This document shows positions 1 through 7,953 of a stretch of DNA of 24,000 nt, piece by piece (position 1 is the stretch's first letter; the number at the start of each line of letters is the position of its first letter). The translations under genes were made by a program, and so were the position numbers. Location: assembly GCA_910588545.1 (NCBI GenBank), contig CAJUOU010000001.1:81982-105981 (forward strand), written 5' to 3'. The notes beneath the pieces were generated by a model. The model saw nothing but the letters and a program-made list of their open reading frames with translations. It made no database searches and was not told the DNA's origin. The stretch is from an uncultured Christensenellaceae bacterium. Its GTDB lineage: Bacteria > Bacillota > Clostridia > Christensenellales > UBA3700.

Positions 1-291
1 AGCGAAGGTAAAGTTTGCGTAACCGAAAGATTGGAAATGGAGGAGTACGCAGAACGCTTGCTTGAAGTTTTGGACGGAAAAATGCAGGATTTTAAAAGCG
101 CATTTGAAATGCAAGACGATGAGAATGCCGTAAAGGAAATTGCAGAAGTAGTAGAAGTGCTTTATGCAGTGCTTAATTTGATTGGGGTTGAAAAAGAGTC
201 ATTTGAGAAAATTCGACTTGCGAAATGCCAAAAGTTCGGTGGATATGATAACAGAGTTTTGTTAAAAGAAGTATTGGAAAAGCAAGATTAG
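1..291 (+). CDS. MazG-superfamily (all-alpha) house-cleaning NTP pyrophosphohydrolase, 5'-truncated by the window edge
   Basis: The reading frame is open from base 1 (SEGKVCVTERLEMEE...), so the gene starts upstream of the window. The C-terminal pattern EIAEVVEVLYAVL...FEKIRLAKCQKFGGYDNRVLL resembles the ElaDvlEvl...K...rGgF...r.L signature of predicted noncanonical NTP pyrophosphatases. Confidence 0.55.
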   Translation, partial: SEGKVCVTERLEMEEYAERLLEVLDGKMQDFKSAFEMQDDENAVKEIAEVVEVLYAVLNLIGVEKESFEKIRLAKCQKFGGYDNRVLLKEVLEKQD

Positions 292-334
292 TAAATTTAC
301 GGATAAAACAAGTAAGTTGTTTGATAGGTGTGAT

Positions 335-808
335 ATGAAAGACGGTTTTGAGCCTGTTTTTGACAGCAATAGCACAATTTTGATTTTGGGGAGTTTTCCA
401 AGTGTACTTTCATTTAAGCAAGGCTTTTATTACGGCAACCCGCGAAATAGGTTTTGGGGACTTATGCAAGAAATTTTCGGCGGACAAATTGACAGTATAC
501 CCAATAAAAAACAGTTAATATTAAATAACAAAATTGCACTTTGGGACATTGTTTTAAACGGCGAAAATATGAATAACGGCAAGGAAAGCAGTAGCGACAG
601 CAATTTAAAATGCGAAATTGTGGCAGATATACCATGGATAATCAAAAACAGCAAAATCAAAAAGGTTATTTGTAACGGCAAAAAAGCGTATGAGTTGTAT
701 TGTAATTATTATCCCGAGCTTGTTGATATAGCAGTGTGTTTGCCGTCTACAAGTCCTGCAAACGTAAGGTTTGATAAGGATAGTTGGGTAAATGAACTAT
801 CAAAATAA
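335..808 (+). CDS. DNA-deoxyinosine (hypoxanthine) glycosylase, uracil-DNA glycosylase superfamily
   Basis: The N-terminal motif FEPVFDSNSTILILGSFPSVLSFKQGFYYGNPRNRFW matches the UDG-superfamily ILGSFPS...YY..p.N.FW pattern. I chose ATG 335 (AGGTG just upstream) over the TTG at 317 in the ORF track. Confidence 0.65.
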   Translation: MKDGFEPVFDSNSTILILGSFPSVLSFKQGFYYGNPRNRFWGLMQEIFGGQIDSIPNKKQLILNNKIALWDIVLNGENMNNGKESSSDSNLKCEIVADIPWIIKNSKIKKVICNGKKAYELYCNYYPELVDIAVCLPSTSPANVRFDKDSWVNELSK

Positions 809-816
809 ACAAAAAA

Positions 817-841
817 ATATCCCTACTTTTGATAGGGATAT
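817..841. terminator. Bidirectional intrinsic terminator between convergent genes
   Basis: A perfect 9-bp stem, ATATCCCTA (817-825) with TAGGGATAT (833-841), encloses a 7-nt loop. It has an A-run upstream and a T-run downstream and lies between the stop at 808 (+) and the stop at 856 (-). Confidence 0.6.
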
Positions 842-855
842 TTTTATATTATAAA

Positions 856-1263
856 TTATTTGTTAAAATCCGCATCCGACATCATATCTGCATTCGGTGC
901 CCATTTGCCTACGCTTGCAATACCGTTTTTACACGATGCTTTGCTTGCATAACCTTCCTCCGAAATGCAAAGTATATTGCCGTTGTTTGCACGCAAGCGG
1001 TAGCGGAACTTGCCTTGTTTATCTTTGTAAATTTCAAATTTAGGATTTGTCAAAGTCTCGTATTTCGAAAGAGTTTGGTCCTCGATTTTATCTATACCGC
1101 CGAATTTGCGTACAGAATCGATTCCGCTTTTGCAACTGCTCAATGTAGTGTAAATACCTTCGCTGACTGCAATAGTCTCCTTATTAGAAGCTTTTAATCT
1201 AAAATTAAAGTTGCCCTTTGGTGTTTTGGAATAAACAAAATATCCTTTTAGTTCGTTTGCCAT
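856..1263 (-). CDS. yegP: YegP family protein (tandem DUF1508/UPF0339 domains)
   Basis: Two repeats have the pattern F.(Y/I)....G.F.FRL.A.NG..I..SEGY.s...C..GI.SV. The start is ATG at 1263 (MANELKGYF) with a GGGAGGAAA RBS upstream. The 47-codon extension to 1404 in the ORF track is AT-rich and lacks an RBS. Confidence 0.8.
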   Translation of the reverse strand: MANELKGYFVYSKTPKGNFNFRLKASNKETIAVSEGIYTTLSSCKSGIDSVRKFGGIDKIEDQTLSKYETLTNPKFEIYKDKQGKFRYRLRANNGNILCISEEGYASKASCKNGIASVGKWAPNADMMSDADFNK

Positions 1264-1379
1264 AAATTTCCTCCCTAGTATATTATAAAAACATATTATC
1301 GTAATTAATATAAGTTTAACATAAAAATCATAGTTTTTCAAGGGGTATAGCAAATAAATAAAAAATTTTTTAACAATGT

Positions 1380-1409
1380 TGAATAAAAGTTTGCAAAAGG
1401 GCAATAATG
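1380..1409 (+). promoter_or_regulatory. Forespore-type (sigma-F/G-like) promoter candidate for spoIIR
   Basis: TGAATA (1380-1385), a 14-nt spacer, then GGCAATAATG (1400-1409). The latter fits the sigma-F -10 pattern GGnnAnAHTR as I recall it from B. subtilis. It lies about 20 nt upstream of the spoIIR start, and spoIIR is sigma-F dependent in B. subtilis. Confidence 0.35.
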
Positions 1410-1428
1410 AACATTGCGGAGGCGTTGT

Positions 1429-1941
1429 ATGAAAAAATTAATAGTTTTGGCAGTTGCATTGGTAATTGCAATAAGCACATTTTGTTTATTAAATCATAAG
1501 GAGAATGATTACTTAAGGATACATATAAGAGCAAACAGTAATAGTGAGTATGACCAACAAATCAAATATCAAGTGAAAGATGCGGTGGTTGAAGCACTTA
1601 AACCTATAGCAAACAATATAAAAAACAAAGAGCAGATGATTGAATTACTAAATGAAAACGTACATCTTTTAACTGCCGTTGTGGATAATAAGCTTAGGGA
1701 GCTTGGACAAAACTATACTTCAACAGTTAAAATTTGCGAGGAAAAATTTCCCACCCGCTCGTATGAGGAGTTGACTTTGGGTGCAGGAGTATACGATGCG
1801 ATTATCATAGAGCTAGGCAGCGGGCAAGGGGATAATTGGTGGTGTGTGGCATACCCTCCTTTGTGTTTTGTGACTGCAGACGGCGACGGCGATAGCATAC
1901 AATATAAATCTATTTTTTCAAAATGGTTTGGTAATCAATAA
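1429..1941 (+). CDS. spoIIR: Stage II sporulation protein R (forespore signal activating pro-sigma-E processing)
   Basis: An N-terminal signal/TM segment is followed by LRIHIRANSNSEYDQQIKYQVKDAV...GDNWWCVAYPPLCF, the characteristic SpoIIR pattern (lRlHViAnSds..DQ..K..VrD...G.NWWCVlfPPLCf). ATG 1429 has a GGAGG RBS 6 nt upstream. Confidence 0.85.
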   Translation: MKKLIVLAVALVIAISTFCLLNHKENDYLRIHIRANSNSEYDQQIKYQVKDAVVEALKPIANNIKNKEQMIELLNENVHLLTAVVDNKLRELGQNYTSTVKICEEKFPTRSYEELTLGAGVYDAIIIELGSGQGDNWWCVAYPPLCFVTADGDGDSIQYKSIFSKWFGNQ

Positions 1942-2069
1942 AATAATTAGTCATTTATGTTTTTGCATAGATGATTTTTTATTTGCATTACACAAAATTT
2001 TCATTTTAAGTTTAAAAGTTTTTAAAATGTGGAAAAATTAATATAAAATCTAAAAAAGGAAGAGAAGTT

Positions 2070-2819
2070 ATGAAAAAAATGGATAAATATCAATTTGTAA
2101 GTTTTTTAAATAAAAACAAATTGTGTATTTGCATAGTTTGTGCTTTTATTGCGCTTGCTTCTTTAACTACAGCTATAGTTTATCCTTTTACTTATAGTAA
2201 TGCGATTGTTGCCGACGGTACGTTGGAGGTCGCTGCAATAAGGCGTGGCGATAGCGGTAGCAAAGTAAAGGAAATTCAACGAAAACTCAATGAATACGGC
2301 TTTAGCGTAGGGGCGGTTGATGGTATTTTTGGTAGCAAAACTTTGCAAGCGGTTAAAAATTTTCAAAAATCACGCGGTTTGGTCGTTGATGGAATTGTAG
2401 GAAATGCGACAGCCAAAGCTTTGGGGATTTCTTTAAGCAATGGTAGCGGCGGTAACAGCAACTACGGTGGCGGAGATGTGTATCTACTTGCCAAAACCAT
2501 ACACGCAGAAGCAAGGGGAGAACCTTATATCGGTCAAGTTGCAGTAGGGGCGGTTGTCTTAAACAGGGTAAAAAGCTCTAGCTTTCCAAACACTATTTCC
2601 GGTGTGGTGTATCAACCTTGGGCTTTCACCGCTGTGCATGACGGACAAATCAATTTAGAGCCTAATGACAGTGCAATGAGAGCAGCAAAAGATGCAATGA
2701 ACGGTTGGGACCCAACAAACGGGTGTTTGTATTACTTTAATCCTGCTACCGCTACAAGCAGTTGGATATGGTCAAGACAGGTTAAATTGACTATCGGTAA
2801 ACACAAATTTGCAATTTAA
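2070..2819 (+). CDS. sleB: Spore cortex-lytic enzyme SleB (PG_binding_1 domain plus SleB/CwlJ hydrolase domain)
   Basis: A peptidoglycan-binding repeat (GDSGSKVKEIQRKLNEYGFSVGAVDGIFGSKTLQAVKNFQKSRGLVVDGIVG) is followed by the hydrolase_2 signature LLAKTIHAEARGEPYIGQVAVGAVVLNRV...VVYQPWAFTAV. An RBS is present, and the gene lies immediately upstream of ypeB as in Bacillus. Confidence 0.85.
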   Translation: MKKMDKYQFVSFLNKNKLCICIVCAFIALASLTTAIVYPFTYSNAIVADGTLEVAAIRRGDSGSKVKEIQRKLNEYGFSVGAVDGIFGSKTLQAVKNFQKSRGLVVDGIVGNATAKALGISLSNGSGGNSNYGGGDVYLLAKTIHAEARGEPYIGQVAVGAVVLNRVKSSSFPNTISGVVYQPWAFTAVHDGQINLEPNDSAMRAAKDAMNGWDPTNGCLYYFNPATATSSWIWSRQVKLTIGKHKFAI

Positions 2820-2828
2820 GGAGAGATT

Positions 2829-4169
2829 ATGGAACTGACAAATAAAAGAAAAACTATAATAATAAGCATAATAATTTTTATGCTACTTGCGGCTGTAATA
2901 ACCTTAAGTGTGTTTGTGGGATTGTACGCAAAAGACAGGCATGATAAGGATAGAGATATAGAGAGCTTCTACCAATCCGCGTATTACGGCTTAGTTGGCA
3001 ATTTTGTGGATATAGAGAATGACCTTGCAAAAGCAAGAGTAATTACGGATAACAAATTATTAAGACAAAACCTTATGAAAATCGATGTTAACTGCAATTT
3101 GGCTAGTCAAAACTTGCAAGTTTTTTATGCAAATAACGAGGGAATGTCAAATTTGATGAACTTTATAAATCAACTTGGCGATTATTGCGGTTATTTAATA
3201 AAGGAGTTGGAAAAAGGTAAAAGTTTAACAATTTCTCAAACAGAAAATTTAAATAAAATGTGGGGCGTTTCCAAAGAGTATGGTAAGCTTTTAAATAGTT
3301 TGCAAGACTATGCAAAGGATGGTACTACTTTGGCAAGATTGCTTGGAACAAGTAATGAGCAGTTTGAAGATATTTTGAGCAATATCGGCAATGGCAGTAT
3401 TGAATATCCGTCCCTAATATATGACGGACCATTTAGTGACGGTATATTAAACAGAGAGGCAAAAGGTATCGTAGGAGAGGAAATATCCGCTGACCAAGGC
3501 AAAGTTTTGGTGGAAAAATATCTTGTCGGCTATGATATTGAAAACATTGAGTACTCTCAAGACAGCGTAAATAGGATTGACAGTTATTTGTATGCGGTAA
3601 AACTTAAAGGCGGTAGACAATGTTCGGTGCAAATTGCAAAAAAAGGCGGATTATTGTTGCTTATGGACTTATTTCACGAAGTTGTAGAGCCAAGTTTGAC
3701 TATTGAACAGTGTCAAAAGGTAGCAGAACAATATTGCGATTCAATAGGGCTTAAAAATATGAAAGCTGTTTGGATAAACAATAATCAAAGCAATGTTTAT
3801 ATTAATATGTGTTATGAACAGGACGGCATTGTAAACTATGCAGATATGGTTAAGATAAAAATAAGTTTGGATACAGGCGAGGTTATCGGTTATGAGGGGT
3901 TGAACTATGCTTTTAACCATGTAACAAGAGTATACGATACTCCTATAGTAAGTGAAGAACAAGCCGTATTGAATGTTTCCGCTATTTTAGACAATATAGA
4001 ATGTAGATTGGTCACAATCCCTTGGAATGTCACTGCCGAAAAGGTTGCTTATGAAATCGTGGGCGAGCTTGACGGCGAAAAATATTTCGTTTATATCGAT
4101 GCTTATAACGGCGACGAATTAAATGTATTGAGAATGATTGATAGTAATCAAGGCGATTTGCTAATGTAA
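2829..4169 (+). CDS. ypeB: Germination protein YpeB (SleB partner, PepSY-type C-terminal repeats)
   Basis: It has an N-terminal membrane anchor, the YPSLIYDGPFSD motif typical of YpeB, and C-terminal PepSY-like repeats. The start is 9 nt after the sleB stop with an AGGAGA RBS, matching the conserved sleB-ypeB operon. Confidence 0.85.
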   Translation: MELTNKRKTIIISIIIFMLLAAVITLSVFVGLYAKDRHDKDRDIESFYQSAYYGLVGNFVDIENDLAKARVITDNKLLRQNLMKIDVNCNLASQNLQVFYANNEGMSNLMNFINQLGDYCGYLIKELEKGKSLTISQTENLNKMWGVSKEYGKLLNSLQDYAKDGTTLARLLGTSNEQFEDILSNIGNGSIEYPSLIYDGPFSDGILNREAKGIVGEEISADQGKVLVEKYLVGYDIENIEYSQDSVNRIDSYLYAVKLKGGRQCSVQIAKKGGLLLLMDLFHEVVEPSLTIEQCQKVAEQYCDSIGLKNMKAVWINNNQSNVYINMCYEQDGIVNYADMVKIKISLDTGEVIGYEGLNYAFNHVTRVYDTPIVSEEQAVLNVSAILDNIECRLVTIPWNVTAEKVAYEIVGELDGEKYFVYIDAYNGDELNVLRMIDSNQGDLLM

Positions 4170-4235
4170 AACACTAAACAACAGCCAATATTTGACTAGA
4201 TTGTGAATGCGACAACATTAAAATAATATAAAAAT

Positions 4236-4264
4236 ACACCCCGAAACATTTAGTTTTGGGGTGT
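4236..4264. terminator. Bidirectional intrinsic terminator downstream of ypeB
   Basis: A 12-bp stem, ACACCCCGAAAC (4236-4247) with GTTTTGGGGTGT (4253-4264), contains one G-U pair and a 5-nt loop. An A-run lies upstream and TGCTTTTTG downstream. Confidence 0.7.
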
Positions 4265-4375
4265 TGCTTTTTGTGTAAAGTTTAAAGTAGGCAAAAAGTG
4301 CCGTTCACTGCAATAATCCTATCAAAAATCGGGACTATTGGGGGTAAAAAATTGCCGTTAATGTAAAGTTTGGGT

Positions 4376-4401
4376 ACATGGAATAAGTATATCTATGTAC
4401 A
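4376..4401 (+). repeat. Left inverted repeat (IR-L) of the candidate invertible element
   Basis: ACATGGAATAAGTATATCTATGTACA. Its reverse complement recurs at 4523-4548 with a single mismatch (4380 versus 4544), and the perfect core is 21 bp (4381-4401). Confidence 0.85.
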
Positions 4402-4413
4402 TATTATATGTAT

Positions 4414-4443
4414 ATTTTAAACTAAAAAGTAAGATAATGTCAA
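4414..4443 (-). promoter_or_regulatory. Near-consensus sigma-A promoter inside the invertible segment, currently reading away from the surface-protein gene
   Basis: On the minus strand: TTGACA (4443-4438), an 18-nt spacer, then TAAAAT (4419-4414). In this orientation transcription runs toward the bidirectional terminator at 4236-4264. After inversion it would start about 55 nt upstream of ATG 4572. Confidence 0.5.
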
Positions 4444-4522
4444 CGTTATGATAAAGGTTTTGTAAACTCTTTACTTTAAGCATACAAAAATTATATATTC
4501 AAACTCAAAAAATCCTCGATTT

Positions 4523-4548
4523 TGTACATAGATATACTTATTCTATGT
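4523..4548 (-). repeat. Right inverted repeat (IR-R) of the candidate invertible element
   Basis: TGTACATAGATATACTTATTCTATGT is the reverse complement of IR-L with one mismatch. It ends 24 nt before the RBS and ATG of the downstream gene. Confidence 0.85.
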
Positions 4549-4571
4549 TAGACAAAAACGGAGGTTTTATT

Positions 4572-7500
4572 ATGGCAAAGATAATAAAAAGAGCGGGAAT
4601 GATATTTTTTGTGTCAGTAATATCTTGTCTAATAGCTTTGGGCTGCGTAATAACAATGCAAGTTACGGAAAGTAGCAATAACGGCATTGTAAATGCAGAC
4701 ACACAAAATAACATTTATACTAGCCAAAATAATGAGGACAGTAGTTATACTGTACCAAAGGCGGAGGTGCCCGAAGTACCAAAGTCGGACTATGAGTATG
4801 AATTGGGACATAAGGCAAATTGTACAAACCAAACAACTTGTACTTGTATGCAGGATATATGGAACAGTGCGGTACAAAAATCTTTGGATACAGGCAAAAA
4901 TGTAAAAGTAACTTTATTAAACGATTGGATTGCCTCTACCGATGATGCAATGCATAAATTGGGAACGGGAATTGGATTTGTCAGTCAAGATGGTACATTA
5001 CATATTCCTCTAAATGCAGAGATTACTTTGGATTTGAACGGACATGATATAGACAGAAAATTCGATGCAAGCAATGCTATACCCGGAGGTTTAATTTTTA
5101 GATTTCAAGGTACTTTGAATCTTGTGGACAACAAATATAATACTGTTGAAATAGAAAATATCTACAATCAAACCAAAGGCAATAAAGATAATTTTGTGTC
5201 TGCTTTAAATAACTATAAAGCCGGTCAAATACGCGGAGGTGGCAGAAGTGAGAATTCCGGCGGAGCAATAGTTTTGGACCCGGGTGCAGTTTTAAATATG
5301 TATGGCGGTATTATAACAGAAAACTATGCATTTGTTTCAGGCGGTGCTATTTGTTCAACAAATGGTACAAAAGTTAATATTTATGACGGAGTAATAACAA
5401 ATAATTATTCCAATAGAGTTGGTGGATTGTTTATTCAAGACGATATCGATATTTATGGCGGAATAATTGCATACAATCACGATTTGATTGAAGAAAATGT
5501 AGTAAATCAAGCGGGCGGAATGTATGTGATTTCTCCTACTGCGGATGTAAACATTTACGGAGGAAAAATCACTCACAATACATCTACGGGCAGAGCAGGC
5601 GGAGTTTATTTTCATAATGCAAACAAAGTAAATATTTATGATTGCGATATAAGCTATAATCAAGCAGGCAGCTACGGAGGTGGTATATATTCAAGAACTG
5701 TCAACGAGTTTAATTTTTACAATGGTAAAGTTAACTACAACACTACTGAAGCTGACGGCGGAGGAATGATTTTGTATTTGACAAAGGTTGTACGTATATA
5801 CGATGGACAAATCAATAACAATACCGCAAGTTATGGCGGCGGTATAAAAATTGACTCTGTCGAAGATGCGTATTTATATGGTGGAGAGATAAGTGGTAAT
5901 GTCGGTGACAATGGTGGCGGAATATATGTAAACTGTCGGTTGTATTTGAAAGGTGGAACTATAGTAAATAATATTGCCGAAAATGGTGGAGGTATTTATG
6001 TAGCCGGAAAAGTCTCCTTAGGTGCAGGAACACAAGTTTATGGCAATAAATTAAAAACAAATGCCGAATCGGATATATTGTTACATAATGGAACTAAACT
6101 CCAAATATTTGAAAAATTAGGTACTGATTCAAAAACAACCCGTGTAGGAGTTGCTTTAGCTAGTGATTACGGTAGTGGATATTTTACATCAGGCTATAAG
6201 TATTTTAACGAATCGGCAACTTCTATTTCTCCGTCGGTTTATTTCTTCTCGAATGCAAGCAACACAAGTGTAGTTTTAGACGGAGAAGATTTGAAAATGA
6301 GTACAGGAACAAAACCGACTGCGACATGCGATTGGATAATTTCCAACAAAGGTACGGAAGAAAGGTTTAATAAAGATAATGTTATAAGAAAAACTTATAA
6401 TGGCTCGATATTTACTATTTCAAATTCAAAAGGTGCATTTTATATCGGGGGCAGTTATAATACATCAATAAATTCATATACGCAAGCTTTAAATGTTGGA
6501 GAATACGCTTTTTATACAAAAGAAAATGTGACAAATCCTGTATTTACGTTAATAATTGAACCAAAACAAGTGGATTTGGAGTGGCAAACAATTTTAACAT
6601 ATAACGGAACTGTTCAAAGTCCTATAGCAAATGTGGCAGAAAATGAAATCTTAAACTTAGACAGCTGTAATGTTTTAGTAGATGGCAGTGCAATAAATGT
6701 TGGTACCAATTACTATGCAACTGCAATAAGTTTGCAAAATATCAATTACAAAATTAATCCATTGACAAAAAGCACGACTTATAAAATATTACCTGCAGAA
6801 CTCGAAATAAATATTTCAACAAACGATAAAAGTGCTGTATATAGCGGACAGGAAATTAAACTTGATAAATGGTTTAGCGTGAGTGCAACTTTACTTGGCA
6901 ATGATAAATTGAAACCATTAACTAATGTATTTAATATAGACTACAGCAAAATAGTGCCACAGTTTACAAAGGATGGAATAACAACGGATAGTGTTATCAA
7001 TGTAGGAGAGTATGCAATAAGCGTAAAACCGTTTGATGTCAGCAAAGTGTTTAGCGGTAATAGCAACTACAATGTAACGGTAAATTATGTAAACGGAGGA
7101 ACGCTTACAGTAAGTGAGGCAAATGTCATAAGACCAACAGCAGAGTCTAAATACGATTATTTGATATTAGAGGGAGATAAGAGAGTAAGTTATAAAGACA
7201 AAGGCTTGATACACGGGGATAATGACAGTAATGTAAATGTAGTAGATGGAAAAGCAAACTACTATATGGGAAACATAAGCCCAAATACAAGTGTAAATAA
7301 ATTTATAAGCAACTTGGTATACGAAAAAACACAAATACAAATCTACAACAGCAAAGGCACAATAATCTATGACAAAGGCAACGCAAGCGTAAATGAGGAG
7401 CTGTTGAATAATGGAAAAGAGTTGGAAGTAGGAACAGGTTGGTATATAGAGTACAGCAAAGACGGAGAAACAGAAAGAATAACCTTATCCGTACTAGGCG

Positions 7501-7703
7501 ACGTAAACGGAGATGGTAGGATAAGCGCAAGCGATGTTACATACCTAAGACAAATAGCAAGTGACAACGCGTTATACGAAAGCTTAAGCGTGGAAAAGAA
7601 ACTAGCAAGTATGGTAATAAACAAAGGTAATGTGACAAGTGCAGATGCGGAAATAGTAAGAAATGTTGTGGATAAATTGCTTACAATGAACTTATTTTTT
7701 TAA
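4572..7703 (+). CDS. Large secreted/cell-surface protein: N-terminal signal anchor, right-handed beta-helix region with GG(A/G)I(Y/F) Pmp/PbH1-type repeats, MBG-like repeats, C-terminal type I dockerin
   Basis: ATG 4572 (MAKIIKRAG...) has a GGAGG RBS, and the upstream ATG 4545 lies inside IR-R without an RBS. About 12 repeats of the form NIYGG.I..N.a..GGGIY span roughly 5230-6110. YNG...NVGEY...NY motifs (MBG-like) span roughly 6370-7120. Dockerin EF-hand-like repeats (GDVNGDGRISASDVTYLRQ and NKGNVTSADAEIVRNV) occupy 7497-7700. Confidence 0.8.
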   Translation: MAKIIKRAGMIFFVSVISCLIALGCVITMQVTESSNNGIVNADTQNNIYTSQNNEDSSYTVPKAEVPEVPKSDYEYELGHKANCTNQTTCTCMQDIWNSAVQKSLDTGKNVKVTLLNDWIASTDDAMHKLGTGIGFVSQDGTLHIPLNAEITLDLNGHDIDRKFDASNAIPGGLIFRFQGTLNLVDNKYNTVEIENIYNQTKGNKDNFVSALNNYKAGQIRGGGRSENSGGAIVLDPGAVLNMYGGIITENYAFVSGGAICSTNGTKVNIYDGVITNNYSNRVGGLFIQDDIDIYGGIIAYNHDLIEENVVNQAGGMYVISPTADVNIYGGKITHNTSTGRAGGVYFHNANKVNIYDCDISYNQAGSYGGGIYSRTVNEFNFYNGKVNYNTTEADGGGMILYLTKVVRIYDGQINNNTASYGGGIKIDSVEDAYLYGGEISGNVGDNGGGIYVNCRLYLKGGTIVNNIAENGGGIYVAGKVSLGAGTQVYGNKLKTNAESDILLHNGTKLQIFEKLGTDSKTTRVGVALASDYGSGYFTSGYKYFNESATSISPSVYFFSNASNTSVVLDGEDLKMSTGTKPTATCDWIISNKGTEERFNKDNVIRKTYNGSIFTISNSKGAFYIGGSYNTSINSYTQALNVGEYAFYTKENVTNPVFTLIIEPKQVDLEWQTILTYNGTVQSPIANVAENEILNLDSCNVLVDGSAINVGTNYYATAISLQNINYKINPLTKSTTYKILPAELEINISTNDKSAVYSGQEIKLDKWFSVSATLLGNDKLKPLTNVFNIDYSKIVPQFTKDGITTDSVINVGEYAISVKPFDVSKVFSGNSNYNVTVNYVNGGTLTVSEANVIRPTAESKYDYLILEGDKRVSYKDKGLIHGDNDSNVNVVDGKANYYMGNISPNTSVNKFISNLVYEKTQIQIYNSKGTIIYDKGNASVNEELLNNGKELEVGTGWYIEYSKDGETERITLSVLGDVNGDGRISASDVTYLRQIASDNALYESLSVEKKLASMVINKGNVTSADAEIVRNVVDKLLTMNLFF

Positions 7704-7743
7704 TAAATCGAAGCAACATTAAATATTATTAAACAAGTAAAAG

Positions 7744-7775
7744 CAGCAAAGAGAAGTTGTTAACTCTCTTTGCTG
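7744..7775 (+). terminator. Intrinsic terminator of the surface-protein gene
   Basis: An 11-bp stem, CAGCAAAGAGA (7744-7754) with TCTCTTTGCTG (7765-7775), is followed by TTTGCTATTGTT, about 40 nt after the stop codon. Confidence 0.6.
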
Positions 7776-7924
7776 TTTGCTATTGTTCTATTAGCTATAA
7801 AATACTTATAAACTTGGGTTTTAAAGAGGTTTTGCGATTTTTGAAATATAATAGTATAAAAATAAATTATGGAAAATATAACAAATTGAAAAATCAAAAA
7901 TAACTAAAAATTTACTAAAAAAGA

Positions 7925-7953
7925 TTGAAAAAGTACAAATAAAATGTTATCAT
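7925..7953 (+). promoter_or_regulatory. Sigma-A promoter candidate for the DUF1846 gene
   Basis: TTGAAA (7925-7930), a 17-nt spacer, then TATCAT (7948-7953) preceded by TGT (extended -10 TGnTATCAT). It sits about 100 nt upstream of ATG 8056. Confidence 0.45.

Noticed and set aside
1264-1404. 47-codon N-terminal extension of the yegP ORF (MPFCKLLFNIV...).
   Set aside because: The extension is an AT-rich translation that runs through the divergent promoter region of spoIIR. A strong RBS (GGGAGGAAA) precedes the internal ATG at 1263, which begins the first DUF1508 repeat.
1965-1992. Sigma-G-like promoter upstream of sleB (GCATA, 16 nt, CATTACA).
   Set aside because: The spacer is shorter than the 17-18 nt I recall for sigma-G promoters, and the -10 deviates at a conserved T. 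This is too weak to list as a feature and is mentioned only in a finding.
4545-4571. Upstream ATG (4545) given as the start of the surface-protein ORF in the six-frame track.
   Set aside because: It lies inside the right inverted repeat and has no RBS. ATG 4572 is preceded by GGAGG at optimal spacing and begins a typical K/R-rich signal sequence (MAKIIKRAG...).
4572-4670. Possible lipoprotein lipobox (IALGC) in the signal region of the surface protein.
   Set aside because: The residues at -3 and -2 (A, L) do not fit the L-[AS]-[GA]-C consensus. The segment is equally consistent with an uncleaved signal anchor or a type I signal peptide.
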